Assembly: GCA_964525485.1 (NCBI GenBank)
Contig: CAZGHH010000001.1
Location: 12,455-76,454 of the forward strand
Reading direction: 5' to 3'
DNA length: 64,000 nt
Origin: an uncultured Candidatus Peribacteria bacterium
GTDB taxonomy: Bacteria > Patescibacteriota > Gracilibacteria > UBA1369 > LOWO2-01-FULL-3
The translations under genes were made by a program, and so were the position numbers. The notes beneath the pieces are model-generated. The model searched no databases. It was not told where the DNA came from and saw only the letters and a list, made by a program, of their open reading frames with translations. Position 1 is the stretch's first letter; every line of letters starts with the position of its first letter. Shown in pieces: positions 56,029-64,000 of this stretch.

Positions 56029-58251
56029 GTGAACGAAACAAGCAAAAAAATCAAAACAGTGTTGAAAAATCTGCCGGATAAGCCCGGAGTCTACAAGATG
56101 ATAGATTCGGGAGGCAGAGTAATTTATATAGGTAAGGCTAAAAATCTAAAGAAACGCGTTAGCTCATATTTTCAAAAAACAAAAACTCTCTCGCCTCGCA
56201 CACAGAAATTAATAGAAAATGTCGAAGATATCTCATATACAGTTGTGAGTAGTGAGCTGGAAGCATTAATATTCGAATTAAATCTGATAAAAGAACTTCG
56301 CCCGAAGTACAATATCCTGCTAAAAGACGATAAAAACTTCGTATATATCAAGATCACGAAAGAAGATTTTCCTCGCATTCAAATAGTCCGCAAAATAGAC
56401 GATCGCAAGGCTACTTATTTCGGCCCAAAAACATCGAAGATGAAAGTGGAAAAAACATTCCAAATGCTGAAGAAGGTTTTCCATTTCAGACATTGCAACT
56501 TAGATATTGAAGAGTTAAACGAAAAAAATACCGCCAAAAATGCAAAGAACAATACCAGCACAGGCGTTATCAAATCAGTAAAAGTCACTCATGAAACGAT
56601 CAAGTATCCATGCCTCGACTATTACATTAAACGCTGTTCAGCTCCGTGCATAGCGAATGTTTCAAAAGAGGAATACAACGAAGCGATCGAAAATATTAAA
56701 AGATTTTTTGAAGGCCATCATGAAGAAATTATAAAGAATATCAAAAAGCAAATGATGGAGCTCGCAACCAACAAAGAGTTTGAAAAAGCAGCAAGACTTC
56801 GGGATACACTACAAAGCATAGAAAGCATTCTAGAAAGACAGAGCATCTCGGACCCAAACCAGGAAGACAAAGACATTTTTAACTATGTGATTGATTCCGG
56901 AAAAGCATTCTTCAATCTCTTCCAAATTCGTGAAGGAAAATTAATTAATCAAGAAAATTTTGCAGTACAATCAGCATCTGTGACGGACGAAGATGAGGAT
57001 GCGAAAGCAGAACTCTTAAGCGCATTCCTCGAACAGTATTATGAAAAAACTACAAACATCCCGAAAGAAATTCTGATCCCTCACGAGTTCCAAGAGCGGG
57101 ATGAATTAGAAGATTATTTATCAGAGGAAAAGGGCAAAAAAGTGAAGATTCTAATCCCGCAAAAAGGCCAAAAAAACAAACTTCTCGAGTTAAGCCACAA
57201 GAACGCAAAAATCTTCGCTGACCGAAATCGAGCGAGTTGGAGAGAAGAGGGCGACGACAAGAAAAACATACTCAAAGACCTACAAGCTCTCCTCAATCTC
57301 CCGAAAGAACCGAAGAGAATCGAATGTTACGACATTTCACATTTGAGTGGTACGGACACAGTCGCATCGATGGTCGTTTTTGAAAATGGTGTGCCAAAAA
57401 ATTCCGACTATCGCCGTTTCAAAATTCGCACAGTAGGAAAATCCATCAATGACATCAATGACTTCAAGTCAATCGCTGAAGTAATTAGCAGAAGAGCTAG
57501 TTACATAGGAGAAATCAAGGATAAATTTTCTATAAGAAAAGGCAAGAAAACAGATGAAAATCAACTAGGTAAAGAATTTAAAAATTACTACATCGTCACT
57601 ACTAAGGAAAAATCCAAAGAAAAAATTTGCGGCCAATTAATGTTAAAAAAATACGGTCAATACGAAAGGATTTCGCGATTCGAAATTGATTCTCAATACA
57701 GAGGAGCTCGACTGGGACAAAGACTTCTTAAGTACGCATTAAAACACGCGAAAACGAAGAGAATTTACATCAATTGCAAACTTTCACTGGCAAACTACTA
57801 CGAAGAAGTCGGCTTCCAGCAAATTCAAAAAATTCCAAAAGAAATAGAGGAATCTTTGAAAGGGATAGAATGCGTGACAGAGGCATCAGCCGTACAGGAT
57901 CAAATTAAAGCCGAAACAACTCTTTGGTATGCCTACGACCGCTCTCGCCTACGCGACAAATCTTTTGAGTCCAAACCTGATTTAATCATAATAGATGGAG
58001 GAAAAGGTCAGCTCTCAGCCGCAGTCGAAGTCCTCAAGAAATACAATCTCAAAACTTCAATTATCTCAATTGCAAAACGCGAAGAAGAGATATTTATACC
58101 CACAGTGAGAGGAGCAAAGCTGACATCCCAACAGATCGTACTCGAGAAAACAGACGAAATGTTAAAACTGATCCAACGCCTAAGAGATGAGGCTCACAGA
58201 TTCGCGATCACATTCAATAAAAACTTAAGAGAAAAAAGGTTAAAATCTTAA
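56029..58251 (+). CDS. uvrC: Excinuclease ABC subunit C with internal GNAT-like insertion; C-terminal HhH2 domain absent
   Basis: GIY-YIG (PGVYKMIDSGGRVIYIGKAKNLKKRVSSY), UVR domain (EFEKAARLRDTLQSIE), RNase-H-like endonuclease blocks (RIECYDISHLSG, IIIDGGKGQLSAA, RDEAHRFAI). GTG 56029 is preferred because ATG 55912 would overlap the divergent gene. Confidence 0.85.
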   Translation: MNETSKKIKTVLKNLPDKPGVYKMIDSGGRVIYIGKAKNLKKRVSSYFQKTKTLSPRTQKLIENVEDISYTVVSSELEALIFELNLIKELRPKYNILLKDDKNFVYIKITKEDFPRIQIVRKIDDRKATYFGPKTSKMKVEKTFQMLKKVFHFRHCNLDIEELNEKNTAKNAKNNTSTGVIKSVKVTHETIKYPCLDYYIKRCSAPCIANVSKEEYNEAIENIKRFFEGHHEEIIKNIKKQMMELATNKEFEKAARLRDTLQSIESILERQSISDPNQEDKDIFNYVIDSGKAFFNLFQIREGKLINQENFAVQSASVTDEDEDAKAELLSAFLEQYYEKTTNIPKEILIPHEFQERDELEDYLSEEKGKKVKILIPQKGQKNKLLELSHKNAKIFADRNRASWREEGDDKKNILKDLQALLNLPKEPKRIECYDISHLSGTDTVASMVVFENGVPKNSDYRRFKIRTVGKSINDINDFKSIAEVISRRASYIGEIKDKFSIRKGKKTDENQLGKEFKNYYIVTTKEKSKEKICGQLMLKKYGQYERISRFEIDSQYRGARLGQRLLKYALKHAKTKRIYINCKLSLANYYEEVGFQQIQKIPKEIEESLKGIECVTEASAVQDQIKAETTLWYAYDRSRLRDKSFESKPDLIIIDGGKGQLSAAVEVLKKYNLKTSIISIAKREEEIFIPTVRGAKLTSQQIVLEKTDEMLKLIQRLRDEAHRFAITFNKNLREKRLKS
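57500..57970 (+). other. GNAT (N-acetyltransferase)-like domain of about 155 aa, inserted inside the UvrC endonuclease domain
   Basis: Lies between ...AEVISRRASYIG and KPDLIIIDGGKGQ. E. coli UvrC has only about a dozen residues there. Contains GNAT motif-A-like RFEIDSQYRGARLGQRLLKYALKHAK (approx. 57695..57760) and LANYYEEVGFQQI. Confidence 0.6.
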
Positions 58252-58272
58252 GACATCATTTCCCGCACAGCT

Positions 58273-59475
58273 TCACTCCACCACAACCTTCTCCCTCCAC
58301 TTAAAAGCATCATCACACAACTCCTGCACACCTATATTCTCCTCAGCCTTCAAGACATCTTCGATTTTCGCCGACAATTCAGGTGATTTTGGGCTAAAAA
58401 GAGAACAAGTATCAGTACAAGGTAAAGCCGAAATATCATGCGTCCCTATTTTCTTCGATTCATTCACTATATCGACCTTGTTATTTCCAATAAGAGGTCT
58501 CAAAACAAGCATGTTGGTAGATTCGTCGACAGCAACTAAATTGTTCAGTGTCTGAGACGCAACCTGCGCAAAAGACTCGCCGGTCACCAGTGCCTTCGCC
58601 CCTATATATCTAGCCATCCTCTCCGCTATCCGAAACATCAATCTTCTATAAATCAAAATTCTCAAACCCGCTGGCACTTTTAAATTCAAAGAAATTTTCT
58701 TCTGAATCTCACCAAATGGAATAATAAACAGCTTCGTATCACTCTGAAATCGAGCCAAAATCTTCACCAAATCCTTCACATGTTCAGTTTCTTCTCTTTT
58801 TGTATAAGGCTGTCCTGAAAAATGAATAAAATGAACTTTCGCTCCGCGTTTCATCATACGAAAAGCCGCAACGGGGGAGTCAAAGCCTTTTGAAATCAAA
58901 GCCAAAACATTTCCGCCGGTCCCTGCCGGAAGCCCGCCAAGCCCTTTGAATTTTTCATAACACACATAAGCCTTCTCACCAAAAATTTCTACATTTACAA
59001 CTATATCCGCATCATCCATTTTCACTTTCAATCCAATATCGTTTTTCAACAAACACGCCCCGAACCTTTTCTCCGATTCGAGCCTTTCAAAAGGTAAATT
59101 CTCTTGAGATTTCTTCACCCTTACGCAAAAAGTCTTAAACCCACGCTTTGCAACTAACGAAGCCGGCCAAGTCTCTTTCAAAACCTCACAAATTTTATCG
59201 AAATCTAGCTCACATCTGTAATAAAAACCAAAATTCTCAATTCCGGGAACATTCATCATCATTTCATAAATCTGATTCTCATCATAACCAGCGGGCATCT
59301 TCACGACAAACCTACTCAACACCAAATCCACGCCCGATTTCACGCCAATCAATCGAAGTTTTCGGATCAAATCATTCCTCAAAGTTTTCTGGAAATGCTC
59401 TTTGTTCCCACCTTTCAATGCCAATTCACCGTAATGCAGAATCAGATACTTATCCATATGCACGCTTAAAAACAA
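58273..59475 (-). CDS. thiI: tRNA 4-thiouridine synthase ThiI (THUMP + PP-loop; no rhodanese domain)
   Basis: 400 aa. Ferredoxin-like/THUMP N-terminal half, PP-loop variant ALISKGFDSPVAAF, C-terminal CTDTC. Confidence 0.88.
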   Translation of the reverse strand: MFLSVHMDKYLILHYGELALKGGNKEHFQKTLRNDLIRKLRLIGVKSGVDLVLSRFVVKMPAGYDENQIYEMMMNVPGIENFGFYYRCELDFDKICEVLKETWPASLVAKRGFKTFCVRVKKSQENLPFERLESEKRFGACLLKNDIGLKVKMDDADIVVNVEIFGEKAYVCYEKFKGLGGLPAGTGGNVLALISKGFDSPVAAFRMMKRGAKVHFIHFSGQPYTKREETEHVKDLVKILARFQSDTKLFIIPFGEIQKKISLNLKVPAGLRILIYRRLMFRIAERMARYIGAKALVTGESFAQVASQTLNNLVAVDESTNMLVLRPLIGNNKVDIVNESKKIGTHDISALPCTDTCSLFSPKSPELSAKIEDVLKAEENIGVQELCDDAFKWREKVVVE

Positions 59476-59476
59476 A

Positions 59477-59563
59477 TGGTGCCCAGAGAGAGAATTGAAC
59501 TCTCACCTCCTTGCGAAGATGGGATTTTGAGTCCCACGCGTCTACCAATTCCGCCATCTGGGC
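59477..59563 (-). tRNA. tRNA-Leu (anticodon CAA), CCA encoded
   Basis: Minus-strand read GCCCAGATGGCGGAATTGGTAGACGCGTGGGACTCAAAATCCCATCTTCGCAAGGAGGTGAGAGTTCAATTCTCTCTCTGGGCACCA. Anticodon loop CTCAAAA, long variable arm. Confidence 0.9.
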
Positions 59564-59702
59564 ATGCAAGAAAACTGCGAGTGGTAAATTAGCAAATAAG
59601 GCGAAAAGAATCAAATTGAAAAAAGTCTCATTAATTGAAAATAAAAAACACAGATTCATTCATCCACTAGTCAAACGGCATTCCATAAGATACAATGCGC
59701 GC

Positions 59703-61031
59703 ATGTTCTGCGATGAAACAATTATTACGGTAAAAGCTGGAAAAGGTGGCGACGGTGCCATTGCATTCCGTCGTGAGAAATTTGTGGCCAAAGGTGGCCC
59801 TGAAGGAGGAGACGGAGGAAGAGGAGGAAGCATAATCTTAGTAGCAGATGAAAACATCAACACTCTCGCAGATATAAATTCAAAAAAACTATACAAAGCA
59901 AGTCACGGAGAAAATGGCAGCAAAAAAAATATGGCCGGGAAATATGGACAAGACCTTTATTTGAAAGTGCCGGTAGGAACAGTAGTTTGGGATGAAAATA
60001 AAGAAAAGATAATCGTAGATTTAAATAAGCACGGTCAAGAATTTACAATCGCAAAAGGCGGAAAAGGAGGCTTAGGTAACCAACATTTCGTATCTTCAAT
60101 TCACCAAGCTCCGACATTCGCAGAAAGCGGTGAGCCAGGTGAAGAAAAAATAATTACACTTGAACTTAAACTCGTAGCCGATCTAGGCCTGGTCGGAATG
60201 CCATCGGTTGGAAAATCGACCCTAATCTCAGTCGTAAGTAATGCAAGACCCAAAATCGCTGCATACGAATTTACTACTTTGATTCCGAACCTAGGCGTAG
60301 TGAATATGACCAGATTCGGTGGAATGCATTCAGATGCGTTTGTAGTGGCGGATATCCCTGGATTGATCGAGGGAGCTCACATGGGCCGCGGTCTAGGAGT
60401 TCAATTTCTCAAACATGTATCTCGTACCTCAGTACTTCTTCACATGATCGACCCACTTCGAGAGGATCCGATTGGTAATTTCTTCAAAATTCAAAAAGAA
60501 CTAGAACTTTTCGATAAAAAATTAGTCAAAAAACCGCTGATAATTTCGATAAACAAAATAGACTCAGTTTCAGAAAAAGATCTCGAAAAAATTGAAGATG
60601 AATTAAAAAAACGCCTCAAAAAGAAAACACTCAAAGTATACAGAATCTCGGCAGTGACAGGAGAAGGGTTAAAAGAACTATTATTTGAAGCGCTTAAACA
60701 AATCAGAAGTTACAAATTAAAAGAATCAAAAAAAGCAACAAAACAAAAAGAAAGACTGAGTTTGGAAGTGCCGGTACTAAAACCACACGAAGAATTAGTG
60801 AAATTTAAAATCATAAAAGTCAAAAAAACGAAGAAAAATAAGGTGTTCTTTGTATCTGGAAAACGTATAGACCAGCTATTAAATATGACTAATATTGACA
60901 ATCTGGAAGGACTCGAGCGCGTCTATCATTTCCTGAATAAAATGGGTATACTCAAGGCCGTAAAAAAACTCGGCGCAACACACGAGGATCAGATTGAAAT
61001 AGCTGGAAAACGCATTCCTTACAGAGAGTAG
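59703..61031 (+). CDS. obg: GTPase Obg/CgtA
   Basis: MFCDETIITVKAGKGGDGAIAFRREKF Obg fold with Gly-rich GGDGGRGG, G1 GMPSVGKST, DIPGLIEGAH, NKID, C-terminal extension. The track ORF start at 59511 runs through the tRNA and is rejected. Confidence 0.93.
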   Translation: MFCDETIITVKAGKGGDGAIAFRREKFVAKGGPEGGDGGRGGSIILVADENINTLADINSKKLYKASHGENGSKKNMAGKYGQDLYLKVPVGTVVWDENKEKIIVDLNKHGQEFTIAKGGKGGLGNQHFVSSIHQAPTFAESGEPGEEKIITLELKLVADLGLVGMPSVGKSTLISVVSNARPKIAAYEFTTLIPNLGVVNMTRFGGMHSDAFVVADIPGLIEGAHMGRGLGVQFLKHVSRTSVLLHMIDPLREDPIGNFFKIQKELELFDKKLVKKPLIISINKIDSVSEKDLEKIEDELKKRLKKKTLKVYRISAVTGEGLKELLFEALKQIRSYKLKESKKATKQKERLSLEVPVLKPHEELVKFKIIKVKKTKKNKVFFVSGKRIDQLLNMTNIDNLEGLERVYHFLNKMGILKAVKKLGATHEDQIEIAGKRIPYRE

Positions 61032-61066
61032 TTGCCACCAAAATTTCTGTAAATTTCGCATACAAT

Positions 61067-61609
61067 ATGAAAATAATAGTAGGACTCGGAAATCCAGGCT
61101 CAAAATATCAGAACAACCGTCACAATACGGGTTTTATGGCGCTCGATGCGTTACAAGAGAAACTCGAGACAACAGACTGGAAAGAAGAATCGAAATTCAA
61201 GGCAATGATTTCGGAGACAGTCACAAAAGGGGAGAAAACTCTTCTGGTGAAACCTCTGACTTTTATGAATCTTTCGGGAGAAGCCGTCACTAAAATCTTA
61301 AATTTCTACAAAGCCGATCTCCAAGACTTGACCGTGATCTACGATGACCTCGACCTGCCAACCGGTACGATCCGCATTCGAGAAAAAGGCTCTGCCGGCA
61401 CACACAACGGAATGAAATCAATTATTCAACTATTAGGGGCAGAAGAATTCAAAAGAATTCGCATAGGGATCGAATCTCGCGGAACACTCGCCTCAGAACA
61501 GCAAGACACCTCGAGCTTCGTCCTTTCAGACTTCGGTAACGAAGAAAAAGTTTTAATAGATAAAGCGATAGACGAAGTTGTAGACGAGATAATCGAAAAA
61601 TCACCTTGA
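61067..61609 (+). CDS. pth: Peptidyl-tRNA hydrolase
   Basis: 180 aa. IVGLGNPGSKYQNNRHNTGF and GTHNGMKS motifs. TGA stop. Confidence 0.93.
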   Translation: MKIIVGLGNPGSKYQNNRHNTGFMALDALQEKLETTDWKEESKFKAMISETVTKGEKTLLVKPLTFMNLSGEAVTKILNFYKADLQDLTVIYDDLDLPTGTIRIREKGSAGTHNGMKSIIQLLGAEEFKRIRIGIESRGTLASEQQDTSSFVLSDFGNEEKVLIDKAIDEVVDEIIEKSP

Positions 61610-61634
61610 CCTTTGGAGGCCTTTTCCGTAAATT
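61606..61634 (+). promoter_or_regulatory. Weak candidate promoter for rplU (TTGACC-17 nt-TAAATT), overlapping the pth stop
   Basis: -35 at 61606..61611, 17-nt spacer, -10-like TAAATT at 61629..61634, 27 nt before ATG 61662. Confidence 0.3.
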
Positions 61635-61661
61635 ACACTAGCAATTTTAATCTTATTTAAT

Positions 61662-61973
61662 ATGTTCGCAATAATCGAAACAGGAGGGAAACAGTACAAA
61701 GTAGCTAAAGGAGACAAACTTGAATTTGAAAAGATTGACGGCGCTGATGGCGCAGATGTCACATTTCAGGAAGTCCTTTTGGTATCTGATGGCAAAACTA
61801 CAAAGATCGGAAAACCTTTAGTAGAAGGAGCAACAGTAAAAGGCAAAGTTCTCAATCAAACAAGAGCTGAAAAGATCATAGTTATCAAAAAAGAGTCAAA
61901 GAAGAGATATCAGAGAAAACAAGGTCACAGACAAGACCTTACAGTAGTCGAAATAACCGAGATAAAGGCTTAA
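61662..61973 (+). CDS. rplU: 50S ribosomal protein L21
   Basis: 103 aa. MFAIIETGGKQYKVAKGD signature. Confidence 0.93.
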   Translation: MFAIIETGGKQYKVAKGDKLEFEKIDGADGADVTFQEVLLVSDGKTTKIGKPLVEGATVKGKVLNQTRAEKIIVIKKESKKRYQRKQGHRQDLTVVEITEIKA

Positions 61974-62028
61974 AAAGATTTTAGCCAACGAACTCTACAG
62001 GCGCACGCCTTAGTCGAGACAGATCCTA

Positions 62029-62994
62029 CTATTTTTTGAGACTATCCACTACAAATTTAATATCTTTCGGGAGTTTACTTTCGAAAGATATTTTTTTACC
62101 GGTCTTCGGATGAATGATTGTCAATTTTGCAGCATGCAGAAATTGCCTGCACAGACCAAACTTTTCCTGAAATTTCTTGTTAACTTTTGGATCACCGTAA
62201 ACAATATCGCCAACTACAGGATGTCCGATAGCGGTCATGTGTACGCGAATCTGATGAGTTCGCCCTGTTTTCAAATTCACATCCAAAAGAGAATAATATT
62301 CCATCAAATTCCCAGTTCCTGTCTTAAATACTTTTGAAACTTCGTATTCGGTAATGGCATTTCGTCCACGATCCTGGATAGACATTTTCTTTCTGTCGCG
62401 CAAACTTCGCCCGATAGGGGAATCAATCACAGCCTTATTAGGGACGACCTCCCCACGAACCAAAACAATATATTTTTTCTCAACTCTTCTTTCGCTGAAT
62501 TGTTTCATGAGAGACTGCATCGCATCGTCAGTCTTCGCTACGATCAGCACTCCGGAAGTATCTTTATCGAGCCTGTGAACAATCCCCGGCCTTAATTCAC
62601 CGGATATACCGGTCAAACTCTTTCCGCAGTGATGCAACAGAGCATTTACTATAGTGCCCTCTGTATGTCCGCCAGTCTCAGATGGATGTACAACCATCTT
62701 TGCAGGCTTATCTATTACAATTATTTCTGAATCCTCAAATAAAATTTTCAATTTAATATCTTGAGCCTTGGCCTCTATCATTTTCGCCTCAGGCACACTC
62801 ACCTCGACAATAGACCCAGCTCTCAAAACCAATCCCGCCTTATTTGCGACCACAGTTTCACCGGCATTAAAAACCTTCACATATCCCTCCTTAATCAGCT
62901 TTTGCAAAAAAGCCCTAGTCCTATCAGGCATCGAAACAAGCAAAAATTTATCCAATCTAAATTTATCAAAATCTTTTTTTACAACTATTTTCAT
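62029..62994 (-). CDS. rluD: RluA-family 23S rRNA pseudouridine synthase (RluD-like) with S4 domain
   Basis: 321 aa. N-terminal S4-like RLDKFL, catalytic HRLDKDTSGVLIVAK, C-terminal GRTHQIRVH. Confidence 0.85.
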   Translation of the reverse strand: MKIVVKKDFDKFRLDKFLLVSMPDRTRAFLQKLIKEGYVKVFNAGETVVANKAGLVLRAGSIVEVSVPEAKMIEAKAQDIKLKILFEDSEIIVIDKPAKMVVHPSETGGHTEGTIVNALLHHCGKSLTGISGELRPGIVHRLDKDTSGVLIVAKTDDAMQSLMKQFSERRVEKKYIVLVRGEVVPNKAVIDSPIGRSLRDRKKMSIQDRGRNAITEYEVSKVFKTGTGNLMEYYSLLDVNLKTGRTHQIRVHMTAIGHPVVGDIVYGDPKVNKKFQEKFGLCRQFLHAAKLTIIHPKTGKKISFESKLPKDIKFVVDSLKK

Positions 62995-63775
62995 ATTCTT
63001 TGTTATGAATCATCGCACCCTTCCACGCCAGATCAAAAATGCTTCTTTGGGTTTTTGCGAATTCCTCACTCTCTATTAATACCCCAAACTCAAAACCTTT
63101 TTCAAGCGATACAACAGCAACTTTGTTATCATAAATATTAACGTCATTATCAAAAAGCTGATCATTATCCTTTACGTACATTACATCAGAATAAAATATA
63201 TCGCCACAATAAGCCTCTTTTAAAAAACACCTCGTTTCCTCAGTGTCTTTTACCAGTCCTTTTAATTGGATTTTATTAATAAAAATTCTTGAATGAATAT
63301 AGTCTTGCAAACTTTCTTTCATATCCGAATTCAGCCATTTTTCAACAGATGCTATACACAAAATAGGGCCTTTCGAATTTAGACTGTCGTTACTTATAGT
63401 TTCAACTCCATCCCTGCCTTCAAAATAGTGAACTTTTGGCTGAACGATGCAATTTTTTTTCAACATTTCCATCTTTGGAATTATATCAATCACATAGTCG
63501 CGATGATGTTCCAGAAGCCGTTTTTTGCGGTCAACATAACAAACAAGATTTTTCAAATCATTAACTGTAAAATAAATAATTCCATTTTTTAAAAAAGAGC
63601 CTATTAAGCTCTTCTTTTGTAGACTCTTCAATATTGGATAAACTGTTGGCCTTTTTAAATCTGTTTTTTTGGCGATTATATTCGCCGGCTGAGGCCCTAT
63701 TTCTACAAGCGTTAAGTAGATTTTGGCTTCATTGGGAGTCAGTCCGATTTGACAGAGAGTATTTTTTAGCATCAA
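62966..63775 (-). CDS. TrmB-family HTH transcriptional regulator-like protein
   Basis: 269 aa. N-terminal GLTPNEAKIYLTLVEIGPQPANIIAKKTDLKRPTVYPILKSLQKKSLI matches the TrmB wHTH pattern. C-terminal domain unassigned. Confidence 0.6.
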   Translation of the reverse strand: MMLKNTLCQIGLTPNEAKIYLTLVEIGPQPANIIAKKTDLKRPTVYPILKSLQKKSLIGSFLKNGIIYFTVNDLKNLVCYVDRKKRLLEHHRDYVIDIIPKMEMLKKNCIVQPKVHYFEGRDGVETISNDSLNSKGPILCIASVEKWLNSDMKESLQDYIHSRIFINKIQLKGLVKDTEETRCFLKEAYCGDIFYSDVMYVKDNDQLFDNDVNIYDNKVAVVSLEKGFEFGVLIESEEFAKTQRSIFDLAWKGAMIHNKEYENSCKKRF

Positions 63776-64000
63776 GAGCGTGTTAATCCCAGGAAATTCC
63801 TTTTGATGTATCTTTTTCCTAATTCCTGGAAGGAACCCGAGATTATAGACGGATTCTTTTATTTGTCAAGTATTTTATATGTTTAAGATGGCATTTGGTA
63901 GCGTTTTTCACTATATTTAACCTGTTTTAAAACCTTTAATTCAAAGAAAATTAAAAATAAATTTTATGAAAACCGATAATAAAACTATTTTGGAACGCGG

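Noticed and set aside
59511-59702. N-terminal 64-aa extension of the obg ORF in the track, and the minus-strand ORF 59450..59659
   Set aside because: Both run through the tRNA-Leu(CAA) gene. The Obg fold begins exactly at the ATG at 59703 (MFCDETIITVKAGKGGDG).
59690-59705. Leaderless obg mRNA: TACAAT lies 6 nt before the ATG, with a TAGTCA -35-like box at 17-nt spacing
   Set aside because: The -35 match is only 4/6 and the window contains many A/T hexamers. It is plausible but not supportable without TSS data.
63776-63965. Near-palindromes GGAAATTCC (about 63792) and TTCCTGGAA (about 63823) upstream of the TrmB-like gene, as a possible operator
   Set aside because: They are short, imperfect and unsupported by any second copy. 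I cannot distinguish them from chance in an AT-rich intergenic region.
1-64000. Alternative genetic code (UGA recoding, as in Gracilibacteria/Absconditabacteria)
   Set aside because: Long housekeeping ORFs are intact under the standard code. TGA terminates well-defined genes, such as pth at 61607..61609 and the 790-aa gene at 37625..37627, at positions matching normal protein ends.
1-64000. CRISPR arrays, IS elements, integrases, toxin-antitoxin pairs, restriction-modification genes
   Set aside because: I looked for regularly spaced direct repeats and for transposase, integrase or Cas-like motifs and found none. The only short repeats are the tRNA-end fragments at 26637..26743.
63966-64000. 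ATG-initiated plus-strand frame at the window end (MKTDNKTILER...)
   Set aside because: Only 11 codons are visible, which is too short to support as a gene.

Overview
AT-rich, very gene-dense bacterial window using the standard genetic code. TGA works as a stop, for example at the ends of pth and the 790-aa gene, and long housekeeping ORFs are uninterrupted. I support about 55 protein genes and 4 tRNAs. I saw no rRNA, CRISPR array, transposase or integrase. The backbone is housekeeping: aspS, dnaE, proB-proC...proA, valS, glyQS, cysS, murC, murJ, queA, ribD-ribBA, tsf-rpsB, der, uvrC, thiI, obg, pth, rplU, rluD. Genes often abut or overlap by 1-4 nt, and Shine-Dalgarno motifs are essentially absent. 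The accessory content points to a Patescibacteria/CPR-like organism: a T4SS-pilin-like protein, VirD4/TraD-like ATPases, a CarS/DUF46 homologue, and sigma-region-4 plus HARE-HTH proteins. That placement is an inference. The most interesting loci are: (1) a PKD-7TM membrane protein followed by a single-chain fusion of a RimK-related ATP-grasp ligase and a DUF1704/QEGLA (MATCAP-family) metallocarboxypeptidase; (2) a three-gene secreted/envelope cassette with its own promoter, inserted between proBC and proA; (3) a UvrC carrying a GNAT-like domain inside its endonuclease half and lacking the C-terminal HhH2 domain; (4) two sigma-less partner-switching loci, one co-operonic with a transporter-HEAT fusion and one with a PrsW protease. 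All calls come from reading motifs by eye. No database search, HMM or composition calculation was run.
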